From contig NC_090374.1 in NCBI RefSeq assembly GCF_036365525.1, positions 76,095,699-76,159,698 of the forward strand: 64,000 nucleotides of DNA, read 5' to 3'. Positions 1 through 12,069 of this stretch are shown piece after piece. Within the stretch, counting starts at the first letter, position 1, and the number at the start of each line of letters is the position of its first letter. A program made the position numbers and the translations under genes. The notes beneath the pieces were generated by a model. It searched no databases and was not told where the DNA came from. It saw nothing but the letters and a program-made list of their open reading frames with translations. This DNA is from Heterodontus francisci (taxonomy: Eukaryota).

Positions 1-2033
1 TATCTAACTTGACCTTCAGCTTGTCCTTGATATGGACACTAGAATTATGTGGAGGGTTAATGGATGGAATGGCGTCTTCTCACAAATGTAAGACTGCATC
101 TCTCCTAAAACTACCTATCATGTCAAAACTATCCGGGTAATGCGATGTAAGGTCAAGGATCGATGGGTTTGTCCTCTAGATCTGATCTTCCTTCAGGCAT
201 TTGACCGATCCCATGGATTGTAACCAATGTGAGGTGTCTAAACGCTGGTAGGCTGGACCTTTGGTGTTGATGATGCAGAATAACTGTGATGGCCATTCTG
301 ATTGCCCATATCTGTACTCCAGTGTTGTGGAGGCAGTGCATGGAATTGCTGATCCATTGTACACCGTAAACTTTGCAGTTGTTGGCTGTGTCATTGTCTT
401 CCACTTCTGTGGGTACATGTCCTTTAGGATTCTAGGAGGGAGGATATTGGCACTTGCTTCAGTGTCAATCTTTGCCCATAAAGTGTGTTTTCCAAATTTC
501 TGAGGACATATGATGTTCATGGTTGCGAATACTTCTAATAGTGCAATGGCAGCCATGCTTTCTGTGATGTTGACAGCATGAAATGCTTGCTCATCATGCT
601 CTGTAGGATTTTGGTCAGCATCATCAACCACTTCTTCAGTTCTGCTAGCCACTTCATGACGTGTTTCCCAAGGTGCTTGGCATGCCCTTTGCCCCTGCCA
701 GGGTATTGTATCTGTTTGCCACCTATCTGGGTATTGTCACGAGCTTTAGTAACAGCTGCTCAGTTGGGCTTTTTATGCTGGCACTTCCAGTGCCCTTTGA
801 TGCCATACGCCTTGTATATGTCGTGATGTGCCGGACAACTGCAAGGAGCATGCAGAAGACCACATCTTCCACATAGTTTGCTGGGTTTGGTTGACCTGGC
901 TACCATGTCAATAGTTGAAGATGTGCACAGAGTTCATAGAGTTTGCCGTCCAGCGAGGATTGCCTCATATTTGCGCCAATTCTTCAGTAATGCTTCAAGA
1001 GTGTATCCTTTTGGCTTTTGGAGATCTTTTTGAAAAGCCTCAATAGGTGTTAATGCTATCACCAACTCAGTGATTCTCTCAGCCAATTCTGTATCAGAAA
1101 AATTGCAGTCTCTCCCCTTATCTCTACAATGATTAATTAAATGATCTATAGACTCCTTTGGCTGTTGGATGAAAAACATGAATTCGTGGTGATGAATGTG
1201 AAAGTTGAGCTTGACCTACAGTTGGTTTTCTGAGGTGGACCATATCTCGTTGGTTTTGTTCCTCTTACCTATTGCGATTTTTATCTTGACAGCTTGCTTC
1301 TCTGGTTCCGACACTGCCAAAGCTATAAACCATAATTCTTTGTGCTGCTTGAACAGCTTAAATTCAGAGAGAATGTCTGCTTTCTTCCAGTTGAGATATG
1401 GGAATTTGATAGACATTGTATTGATGTTTCCAGGACTCTGCATTTTCTGAATTAGGAACAAGCTTTTCAAGTAGTCAGGATTATAGATGCTGCAGATCCA
1501 ACTGCCTGCAGTAACTCAGTTCGCTACACACTGTTCCTATTCTTTGTTACTGCATCATGATGTCCCCATCATACACTTTTTCAGGCTCTGTCCTCAGTGT
1601 TTTGGCATGAATGCACCATGACGCCCCAAAACACTATAATGACTTCTCCCAGCCTTTCTAAACTTTCCCCAGCCTTCCTGAGCCTACCGTTTGATCAATC
1701 TTCCCTGGCACTATCCAAAACGACAGATTGCCCTCTTTAGCTACCAATCCGGGAGCCTATTTACTCACAGTTGCTATTTGAGTATCACCTTGGAGCTATA
1801 GTTTCTGCCTCTGTTGAACTTACAGATAACTGCAGCAGTTTCAAAATGCACTGTAAGTTGTCCGATTTCTGAATGTTCTGTGAGAAGACAACACGCTGCT
1901 GTGCTGCTACACGTGTCAATGCTCAATATGTCTGTGGACCTGTGATTCGAGCCTGAAGAATTCAATGTCCCGATGTCAGAGTTGTTGCAGATAGTCTTTC
2001 TATACGAATGCAGAGCCTTCAAACTATACTGGC

Positions 2034-2249
2034 TTCCACAATGCCAAAGACTTGCAGGTTGGTAGGTAAATTGGCCATGAGCAATTGCCCCTAGTATAGG
2101 TAGGTGGTAGGGAAATATAGGGACAGGTGGGGATGTGGTAGGAATATGGAATTAGTGTAGGATTAGTATAAATGGGTGGTTGATGGTCGGCACAGACTCG
2201 GTGGGCCGAAGGGCCTGTTTCAGTGCTGTATCTCTAAACTAAACTAAAC
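2034..2249 (+). mobile_element. HE1-type V-SINE, 5'-truncated copy inserted in the Gypsy leader
   Basis: Near-identical to the 3' half of the full copy at 50104-50460; (TAAAC)n tail. Confidence 0.9.
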
Positions 2250-2310
2250 GAAATGTTGTAGATGATGTGCTTAAAACTCGAAAATCTTCAGAAACCACAA
2301 GCTGCCACTA

Positions 2311-2544
2311 TATTGTGTTTACTTTTTTACTACTGAACACAAACATAACAACCACTCACATAGGACTGGTAAACTTAAATGTGGTTTCTTTATTCATGAA
2401 GACTAAGTAGCACATGTACAATCTTGACGAGCTCTTGATAACAATTCTTACTTGGATGATTACATACTGCAGACTACCTATCATGTGGTACCTTACATCA
2501 TTTCTGATCTGGTGATGTACATAGATCATAGCAAGACCACAACA
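2311..2544 (-). repeat. 5' LTR of the Gypsy element, followed by a PBS-like sequence
   Basis: Minus strand starts TGTTGTGG at 2544, contains AATAAA (about 2389-2394), ends ACAATA at 2311, and is followed by TAGTGGCAGC (degenerate TGGTGGCAGC-type PBS). Confidence 0.6.
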
Positions 2545-2880
2545 ATTGTGGCACAGTCCTGGATTCATTCACAAAGTGTTTTAATGACTTAACCAGAGCA
2601 GAAAAGTTGAGCAAAGTTGTACATTCACTGACATCAGGTTGTGTACATAATCACCAACCCCACCCCACTGAGCAAATCTGCCCTTTTCAAGCCTACTCCA
2701 TGACATCATTCCTCATACCCACACTCTTAGTAAGCGTACCTGTTGTTCTATTTCCATGCACTATCCATCGACCACTGCCACTCACCTGATCCTTATGCAA
2801 TTTGATGGTCTCTCTGATAGTCACCCTCACCAAATGCATTGCATCCATTGGGTGAACACATGCCATTATACTCACTCATA

Positions 2881-3897
2881 GGTCTGTTCTTGTGGTGTTC
2901 TCCAAGGATCAATGCTGGGACCATTACTTTTTATGCTATATATAAATGACTTGGATCTTGGAATACAGGGCAGAATCTCAAAATTTGCTGATGACACCAA
3001 ACTTGGAGGTGTGGCAAACAGCGAGAATGATATGAACCACCTACAACAGGACAAAGATAGGCCAGCGGAGTGGGCAGAGAGGTGGCAGATGGAATTTAAT
3101 ACTTACAAGTGAAAGATGATGTATTTTGGCAGAGGAATATGTGGAGGTAATATATACTTAATGGCAGCGTTCTAAAGAGTGTGCAGGAACAGAGGGACCT
3201 GGAGGTACATGTGCATCGATCTTTGAATGTGGCAGGAAATATTGAGAGAGTGGTTAGCAATGCATATGGGATGTTGGGCTTCCTAAATAGAGACGTCAAG
3301 TACAAAAGCGGAGGAGTTATACTGAACCTTTGTAAAGCTCTGGTTAGGCCCCAGCTGGAGTATTGCATCCAATTCTGGTCACTACACTTTAGGAAAGAAA
3401 TGAGGGTCCTTGAGAGGGTGCAGAGGAGATTTACCAGAATGATTCCAGGGTTGGGGGATTTTAGTTACAAGGTTAGGTTGAAAAAACTGGGGTTCTTCTC
3501 TTTAGAATAAAGGAGATTGAGGGGAGATTTAATAGAAATGTGCAAGATTATGACAGGCTTAGTTAAGTTAGACAAGGAAAAACTGTTCTCATTAACGAAT
3601 AGTACAAGTACTAGGGGGCACAGATTTAAAGTTTTGGGCATGAGATCCAGGGGGAATATGTGGAAGAACTTTTTATGCAGCGGATGGTAATGACCTGGAA
3701 CTCACTGCCCACAGATGTGGGGGAAATGGAGACAATCAATGACTTCAAAAGGAAATTGGATGGCCACTTGAAAGAAATAGGCTTGCAGGGCTATGGGGAT
3801 CGAGTGGGGGAGTGGAACTGACTGAATAGCTCTGTGGAGAGCTGGCATGAACACGATGGGCCGAATGGCCTCCTGCCGTAAATGACTCTATGACTCT
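2881..3897 (+). mobile_element. CR1 LINE, 5'-truncated (RT C-terminus and 3' UTR)
   Basis: QGSMLGPLLFMLYINDLD, SKFADDTK, LVRPQLEYCIQFWS, LERVQRRFTRMIPG; ends GGCCGAATGGCCTCCT...GACTCTATGACTCT. Confidence 0.92.
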
Positions 3898-3935
3898 TTT
3901 CCCCAATGCAGAAGAAGAGAGAGAAAAACATGAAG

Positions 3936-4388
3936 AGAAGAAAGAAAGAATTTATGTAGCACTTTTCCCAAACACTGGACGTCTCCAAGTGCTTTACAGC
4001 CAATTAAGTACTTTTGAAGTTTAGTTGTTGTAATGTAGGAAATGTGGCAGCCAATTTGTGCACCGAAAGCTCCCACAAACAGCAATATAGTAATGACCAG
4101 ATAACCTGTTTTTGTGATGTTGATGGAGGGATAAATATTGGCCACACACGAGTGATAACTCCCCTGCTCTTCTTTGAAATTGTGCCATGGGCTCTTTTAT
4201 GCCCACTTAAAAGGGCAGACTAGGCCTTGGCTTAATGTCTCAACCAAAAGGCAGCACCTCCAGTGCTCCTGCAGTACTGCATTTTAGTGTTAGCCTTGAT
4301 GTTTGTGCTCAAGTCTCTGGAGTGGGACTTAAACCCAGCACCTTGTGACCCAGAGGCTAAAGTGCTACCAACCTGCCACAACTGACAC
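3936..4388 (-). mobile_element. DeuSINE (SacSINE1-like), full length
   Basis: Minus strand: tRNA-like head, Deu-type core CCCATGGCACAATTTCAAAGAAGAGCAGGGGAGTT, L2-like tail; homologous to the copies at 19426-20902 and 50908-53076. Confidence 0.8.
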
Positions 4389-4559
4389 TAAGGAGAAGCA
4401 GTTAACCAGAGTTGGGCCACCACAGATTTCCCAGTTGACAGCTGCAGGGGAGGAGCGCCAGAGATCAGTGGCATCACGGTGTTCCTGACTGTTGGAGATG
4501 GGGTCCTCCCTGATACCTGAAGACAGAATTAAACACCAGAGACCCACATGTCCTACAGC

Positions 4560-6170
4560 ACTCAGTCATGTTGACTTGATTTCAGCATCGAGTGAAATAT
4601 GATCATCTTCATAATGCTAAGTTGCAACATTCTTACCTTTCCAATACTAATTCATAATTTTTCTCTCTGCCAGGACCATCAGCAGTAGTTGGTAGACTCC
4701 AGGATAATTAATTCTCAGAAGAGCTGCTTCATTCTGAGGTCGTTTACTGTGCACCGGTGAAGATACTCACATTTTGGTGGGTCCAGTTAGACAGACAGTT
4801 GGGTTTTCACCTGGGTGTCTTAAAGTTCACAAGTGAATGAGAGCATGCAGTAGTGGCTTAGACAGATTTGGGATGTTTATGTTAGAGTGAGAACACCTCT
4901 CCAAGTTCTTCTCAGCAGATACTGAGGGCAGCAAAAATCTGTGATGTACTGTAAGGTCTTCCATGCACACTGTCCATGATTGCAGAGAGAATGGAGGAAT
5001 CCATTTCAATCATGAGTGAAATGATATCACAGGGCATTGCAATCATATGTTCTTGCATGGACAGGTTGGCCAACTCCATGAAACATCCTGGAAATCAAGT
5101 GAATCTGTTCAGTCCTTGGCCATGGCCATGCACACTTAGGATGCCAAGATGTGTGGTACCTTAAAAAGGATGGCAGACACCTTAGCCTTGGTCTTCCAAT
5201 GTGCTACTGTTCTGCACTGATCTCCAACAGAGTGGTAGGAGTAAAGTGAGGGATGATGGCTTATGCGAGGGATGATGGCGAAAGGGAACATCGAAGCGGA
5301 AGGCAACATTAAACCAAAAGGGAACATGGAAGTGGCAACTCCACTCAAAGCGCACTGGATTCTCACCTGTTGCCTCCCCTCCCACACCCACCCTCCACCT
5401 GGTCAGTACTTGGCATGTTACTTCCTTTCTCAACGGCTGAGAATGCCCCTGCACAGGGGCAGAAGAGGCAGTTTTTGATGAGGGCTCCAAAGCCCAGAGG
5501 TCATTGGCCAAGAGCATCTGAGCAGGATCGCAGCAGCTTGCCCTTAATTCTGCTGAAGCCACAGGCGCTGTACCACAGAGCAGCAGTAGGAAAAGGATGA
5601 GTAAAGTAGTTCATCTAGGCCACGCACATGTGTTTTTAACAAAATGTTATGTTGTTACGTTTCCATTATTTTGTAGAATTACATCAAATGTATTACTTTG
5701 CACCACTTTTCCATGTTGCCCATTTTTGGTTGCCTTAACAATTGCTTGTCGATGAAAGGAAAGACATGAATTGACAGGGACAAATGGCGGGATGTGGAAC
5801 TGGCGAATGGTTGGTTACAGGACTGCTTTGTTTCTGTGAGATATGGGGAAAGATGGGTGAGGAGACCGGTTGTTGGATGTGATTGTTACATCAGTCCAGT
5901 GGCAACTAACTGAGCCTTACTACAATAGGGGAATGACTAGCATCCAGACAGCAATGTGAGTGGCTGGTGCTACATTGGGGTCACTATCTTCCTCCTCCTC
6001 CTTTTCCTCCTCTTCCTCCTCCTTGGATTCATCTACAGATGATGTGGCCTCAGCATCTTGTTCCTCCCACAGCTCCAGTTCTCACTGCTGCACAGTGTTG
6101 TGAAAAGCACAGCCAATCTGGAGATCCTGGCTTACTAGTACTGAGTGGGGTGTCCATATTTGTTCAGAAA
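4560..6170. mobile_element. Degenerate PIF/Harbinger element: accessory-gene remnant (+, about 4670-5620) and transposase C-terminus (-, about 5930-6160)
   Basis: Minus 5930-6160 reads CAFHNTVQQ*ELELWEEQ followed by an acidic tail, like the HARBI1 CCxLHN end. The plus part resembles the reverse complement of 8100-9100. Confidence 0.55.
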
Positions 6171-6739
6171 GCTGGGCCAGAAAGGAATCAGGAGGAAAGT
6201 CCAATGTGTTTATGTCACAAACAGATAATACCAGAGGCAGTCAGGCTGGTGGGAGGAGATTGCGCTGGAACATGGTGGGAAGATATTTAAGCCTGTTAAA
6301 CAGGCAACCAACTGCCATTTTACCAGGTTTTTCAATTTTACAAGGGATGCATGGAAACAACCGAGTTTCAGAGCTCCACCCACTATAACGAGGCAGAGGC
6401 TCAGCAGAAGGTTAGTGTTGGCTGCAGTCAGCAGCCATTGCGAGAGGTAGGGTGTGTGATACAGAGTAGGTAGCGGCAGTATCAATCGGCAGTAAAGACA
6501 CACTTGGCCAGTATAGCAGAGGTATTCTGCTTGAGTGTCATCACTGATTTGGCACTTGCATGTACAGAGTAAGAGGGTGGGTGGGTGGTGGAAGGCCCGG
6601 AGAACGGAGTGTAGCTATTTGCCACGGGCCTCATTCTCCCAGGCTTTGAGGCTTCCGGTGAGGGAGAGAGCTGCAGCCATGAGGAGCAGGGTTGCACCAG
6701 GATCATGAGGCTGTAAGGAAGCACGGACAAGGAAGACAC

Positions 6740-7830
6740 AGAGGGGCATGCAACTAGTCTCATCTACGCAGATGCTGCTACCCATCAGAGAAGGTCTACT
6801 GTCAGAGGCTCAACTTCCTCTGAATGTTGGAGCAGCAGTGTTACCAAAAACTGCACCTCGCCAGGGAGGCGGCCACCGGGTTGTGTGCCATGATGGAGGA
6901 TAAACTTTGGGAAGGGGCGGGCACCCAATGCCCGTTGGGTTAAAGATTACCATAGCACTGAATTTCTACTCCTCATGATCATACCAGGGATGTTCTGGAG
7001 ACATCTGTGGGATTTCCCAGTCTGCGGCTCATTGCTGCATCAAGATGGTCACCAGTGCCATGTTCAAGATGACTAGCCAGTCTGTGCACTTTTGCACTGA
7101 TCCAGACAGCCAGACTGAGAGGGCTAAAGGATTTGGAGCCATTGCTGAATTCCCCCAGGTGCAACATGTCATCAACTGCATGCATGTGGCCATGAGGTCT
7201 ACCACAGCCCAGGCAGCAGCCTTCATCAACAGGAAGGGCTTCCATTTGCTGAATGTGAAACTGGTCTGTAACCACCTCAAACGGATCCTTCAGGTCTGTG
7301 CAAGATTCCTGGGAAGCTGCCATGATGCCTACATATGAAGGCAGTCCCAGGTGCCGACGTTTTCAGGGCCCCCCACCACCAACCCCCCCCTGCCATGCGC
7401 ATTCAAGGATAGACACTGGGTGATAAGGGTTACCCACTGAAGAGATTGCTACTGACCTCTGTGAGGAACCCAAGCACTGATGCAGAGGAGCAATACAACT
7501 GCCACGGTTCAACTCGAGTGACCATTGAGAAGACCATAGGCCTTCTGAAGATGCAGATCCAATGCCTGAATAGATCTGGTGGAGCCCTTCAATATATCCC
7601 AGCAAGGGCTGTGTGTATCATGGTGATGTGCTGTATTCTGCACAACCTGTCACAACAGAGCAGAGAAGCTTTGGACAATGAGGACATCCTGCATCACGAT
7701 GCCTTCTCCAAGGAGGTGGATATGAAAGGAGATGGTGACCAGGCGCTACAAGATGAAGACCCTGAGGGACAGCAAGCAAGGCGCAATGAGATATGTGACG
7801 TGCTCATTCAGGCACATTTCATATCACTCT
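6740..7830 (+). pseudogene. Harbinger (HARBI1-like) DDE transposase, disrupted
   Basis: LKITIALNFY..GDICGISQS, FPQVQHVINCMHVAMR, FINRKGFHLLNVKLVCN, GSCHDAYI, GDKGYPL, YNCHGSTRVTIEKTIGLLK..GGALQY..CCILHN. Contains stops and frameshifts; the first catalytic Asp reads Asn. Confidence 0.9.
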
Positions 7831-8099
7831 TACTTACATACCCAGTCAATCCAATAAATCCTTCACCTTCTACAGACTTGTTGCCATTTCATTGAATGCC
7901 CTTACCATTTTCTCTGAATCCATGAGGGCATCACATGAGGCAATAGCATGGGAAATGCATTTACCTTACTCGGTGTGGTCCTTCCCATCACACCCCTTCC
8001 AGGATCCAGTGAACTATTAATGGCCCTATAGTGTTTAAAAAAGTGAAGGATTCTTTTAGTGGTGCACCATTTCAAAATTCATTGAAGACACATACGCAG

Positions 8100-9420
8100 C
8101 AAGATGACATCTAATATCAAAATACAACCCTGTAAAACCCAAATGCAGCTAGGTGGACTTTTTCACACGCTTGCTGGTGTTCCTATGTAGTGCTCCCCCT
8201 GCATTGTCAGCTGAGGTGGAGGCAGGCTGCTGACATTTCTGTTCCTTATCTCGCAATGGCCATGGCAGTCGTCCTCTGGTAGCCTGAAGCCTTGAGGGCC
8301 CCGACATATTGAAGGCCTCCTAAACAGGTGCAGGAGCCACCTCTGTCATTGCAGCTTTGTGAGGCATTGATGTCACCGTCAGAGTGGAGGAGGACCGTGT
8401 CCCCCATTGTCCACGGCAGGAGTGCCCTGAGAGAAGACGCCAGATGCTGCAGAAAGCCACTACTCTCCCCTTTCAGGGCACACATGCCCTTCCCTGCTCA
8501 GCTGAGGAGTTCAAGGTCCTGGTGATGACTCCAGGAGTCTCATTCTCCCTCTCGCCCAGCCATTGCTGCTCAGAGCACATGGATGTTACGATGGCATGCA
8601 AGTCCACGCACATCTTTGGCATCCACTGGGTGGTTTGTGGGATGTGGCTATCCATGAGGGTTACCAACTTCTTGATGGAGGAAGCCCTGTGTGCACATGC
8701 CAGAGGCATGACTGCACTCATGGCCTGGATGGACTCCTCCAACATCTCCATGGGTGTGCATAACCTCTGGAAGCTCCGCCAGATGTTCACTCACTCACAC
8801 TGCAGTTCCAGCATCTGCCACCTTGTGGATGACTCTGGACACATATCATCAGCCTGAAGCTGAACATTGCCGAACCCTCCCACAGTCCTCTGAGTGTGAG
8901 TGGCCTCAACTGTCACTGCCTCCGTCAGCTGCTTGGGCACATCTGTGTTGTGCTCACTAGATTGTGACCACGTTACTAATCGCTTGTGAGTACCCACTGA
9001 TGTGAGAGTATCTGTGCTTGTGAAGAGTGCAGGAGAATGATGTTACAGGGGTCTCCTGCTCCTCCTCAGAAGTGGAGGGCTGTCTCACAGGCTCGGCAGC
9101 TGGCCTCTATTCTCCATCACCTGCAATAGAGAGAAGAGTGATGAGAGGGCAATGTGCTTTTCAACACATCCTTCTGACTATTCAGAAGCATCTAGAGCTC
9201 TATGTGACCACTGGTGGATGCATGAACACTATGCTTTGTGCTCACCAGAAGGTCTGTTTCACCCATCCATTAGGCCACTCACTCTCTCGGGGTTCCACAC
9301 CCCAGTCACCGGCCGCGATTGCCTTGCCTGCCTTTACTCTTCCAAGCTCCAATGTCTCTTTTTCCATAGTGTGAAGATGGCCATGTAGGGCACACGCTAG
9401 GAGCTCTCCTCCTGAAAGCA
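8100..9420 (-). pseudogene. Harbinger accessory (Myb/SANT-partner) gene, downstream exons, degenerate
   Basis: Convergent with the transposase; fragmentary ORFs 8246-8997; acceptor-like CTATTGCAG (about 9121) and GCTTTCAG (about 9411). Confidence 0.5.
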
Positions 9421-9489
9421 CATAAATTCCCATTGTTACTCACAAATTATGATGCCTATGTTGGCGGCAGCCTAACTGTCCATCGTGCT

Positions 9490-9980
9490 GATCACTTGCT
9501 TCGTGACACATCTGGTTGTCATATGGCTTTTGTTGTTCTTGTACTGCTCTCGGGCTTCATTGGTGACTTTTTCATGGGTGTCATCAGCCATGTTTGGAAG
9601 GGGTATCCTTTGTCTCCTAGCAAGTGCCCCTTAAATCTGCTTCCAGATCCAAAGAGATGAGGGAGCTTGGGCTGCCACAGAATAAAAGCATCACAGCAGC
9701 TCCCCAGAAATTTACCTGATATGGCCTCCACTAGGCATTAACCAAGTTTTACTGAGTGGGGCGACTGAGGAAGCATGTGCTCAATAGACAGTACGAATAG
9801 CATCGGGCTCCTGTCGAAGTGATAGCATTCAATTTGCATATATTTATGAGGCTCCCATCTAAGTCAAGCAGGTGCATTAGCCACCCCAGGAAATAGTTAA
9901 GATAGCGGCATAGCATGAAATGAATGTTTAAGTATACCGCTTGACTTTTAACTCACATTCTGTCCAGCTGAAATTCCCCC
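9490..9980 (-). mobile_element. Second HARBI1-like transposase fragment plus a Harbinger-type terminus
   Basis: KFLGSCCDAFILWQ..LLGDKGYPFQTWLMTP (9519-9731); terminus GAAATTCCCCC at about 9970-9980. Confidence 0.75.
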
Positions 9981-10485
9981 TCAAGTGTCAATAACGTGTG
10001 CCCCTTTCGCCAACCCTTGACCATCAGTGTAAGTGACATTTTTAGGACAAAAGCAGCTTATTAAGGCAAAGAATATTGCTAATCAAAGCAAAGCTGTGGC
10101 CCCTCTCTGTTCAAAGCAGTAGAACAGGCTTGGATCAATTAAATCAGACAAGTACTTGGTTTCACCCAAATTCTGACATTCTCAGCCACATCTGTGACTG
10201 GTAGAAATCCTTTTGCGATCTGGACTGCTAGTAAGGAAGAGAGAAAGCATTTTTTTTATCTTGATCATTGGACTTGAAATTCTGATATGTTTTACCCTAA
10301 ACCTTCACCTGAGCCAGAGAGTTTAAAGTGACAGAGTTATTGCGGAATAGTTCATCTTAATTATGAGATAGTTATTTATTTAAATATATGCAAGGTCCTT
10401 TTGCAGTTCTAAATAAGCACTTTGATATTATATGAGTGTCATAGACTGCTGATATGGAACTCTTGTGCCACCATATCTTACATAC

Positions 10486-11285
10486 AACAACAGCAAAAAC
10501 ATGTACTTATTTAGCACCTTTAATATAATAAAACATCCCAAGTGCTTCACAGGAGCATTATGAAGCAAACTTTGACACCAAGCCAGATAAGGTGATGCTT
10601 GGGCAGATAGATGGTCAAAAGCTTGGGCAAAGAGGTATGATTTAAGGAGCATCTTAAAGAAGGAAAGAGAGGTAGGGAGGGGGAGAAGTTTAGGGAGGGA
10701 ATTCCAGAACTTCGGTAGCTGAAGGCATGACCACCTATGGTGGAGCAATTAAAATCAGGGATGTTCAAGAGGCCAGAATTAGATGAGCGCAGGTATCTTC
10801 AAGAGTGTGGCTGGAAGAGATTACAGAGATAGGGAGAGGTGAGGCCGTGGAGGGATTTGGAAACAAGGATGACAATTTTAAAATTGAGGCATTGCTTCAC
10901 CAGGAGCCAACGTAGGCCAGTGAGCACAGAAATGTTGGGTGAATGGGTTTTGTTTAGGATACAGGCAGTGGAGATTTGGATGACATCAAGTTTATGGAGA
11001 ACAGAATGTGGGAGGCTGGCCAGGAGTGCATTGGATTAGTTGAGTCTGAGGGTAGCAAAGGCGTGGATGAAGGTTTCAGCAGTAGATCAGCTGAGGCAGG
11101 GCGAAGTCGGGTGATTTTATAGAGGTGTAAATAGGCAGTCTTAGTGTTGGTGTGATTATGTGGTCAAAAGTGCATCTCAGGGTCAAATATGTATGCAATC
11201 AAGGTTGCAAACAATCTGGTTCAGCCTCAGACAGTTGCCAGGGAGAGAGATGGAGTGGGTAGCTAGGGAATGGAGTTTGTAGCCA
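10486..11285 (-). mobile_element. L2 LINE 3' fragment
   Basis: Minus strand AETFIHAFATLRLN*SNALL..LRWLLVKQCLNFKIVILV..LHGLTSPYL (L2 RT C-terminus), FWNSLP, (TTG)n tail. Confidence 0.85.
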
Positions 11286-12069
11286 TTTGATTTTATATAG
11301 TTTGCTCACCTAATTTCCCGATCAGCTGTGAAAAGCATTGTAATTCATTGACCTTACACACAAGGAACAAATCCTGACAGTGATTATATGATCCAGGGCT
11401 CCCAGTGGGAGAATCTTACTTGCAGAGAGGGCAGATGGATGATAGAGCTACAACGTTGTAGCTCTGATTGTCTTGAGTTGCTTTCATGCTGGGTGCTGGG
11501 AGCACATGGTTGCCTAAGTCCCATATCTACATTGTTGAAATTCTTTTTCTGTAATGGATGCTACACTCAAATATTCTGATAATGTATCACTATAGGTAAT
11601 AATCTTACTGTAACCATTCTGTGAAACAAGCCCAAATAAATGCCTGTGGTCAAAAGAATGAAAATGAACCATACAGGCAGAATTGGGAAAATCTTTCCTC
11701 CAGATATACTGAGAAACTGCAACTAGTGTTTAGTTCACTGCAGAGAGCAGAAGCTTTCTGTGGTTGGAATGTGGATGGAAAGAAAAACTAAAATGGTCTG
11801 TAGCTTTAAAATGGATTTACTCTGCCATGCAAACTAAAAAAAACATAGAATAGTCATTCCTTTCATTGCTACTCTTCAATTTTCCTTTCACTTAAGGTTA
11901 TGTAAGATCACATGTCCAACAGGAGTAAAAAGATGAATGGAAAGAGGCATAAAAGCAGGGATAAGGACGTTCATAAAAGTTTCATTCATGATGAAAATGT
12001 GTTTTATTTATAAGGTCCCAACCAAGGTAGTAAGGTAAACTGTCATTTCATAAAGTGTCAAAACATACT

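Larger units (their letters stand above)
1..2544 (-). mobile_element. Gypsy-type LTR retrotransposon, 5' part (LTR, PBS, gag, protease, start of RT), degenerate; runs off the window edge
   Basis: Minus strand: gag-like ORFs 934-1470, degenerate Cys/His knuckle about 780-880, protease motif AKIDTEASANILP (176-652), and RT N-terminus PDSFDMIGSFRRDAVLHL*EDAIPSINPPHN...IKDKLKVKLD (1-136). Confidence 0.85.

Noticed and set aside
2693-2875. Weak HARBI1-like words (VRVTIRETIKLHK)
   Set aside because: Too short and degenerate to support a call.
6740-7830. Domesticated host HARBI1 gene
   Set aside because: Stops, frameshifts, an altered catalytic Asp and several paralogous fragments nearby indicate a dead transposon.
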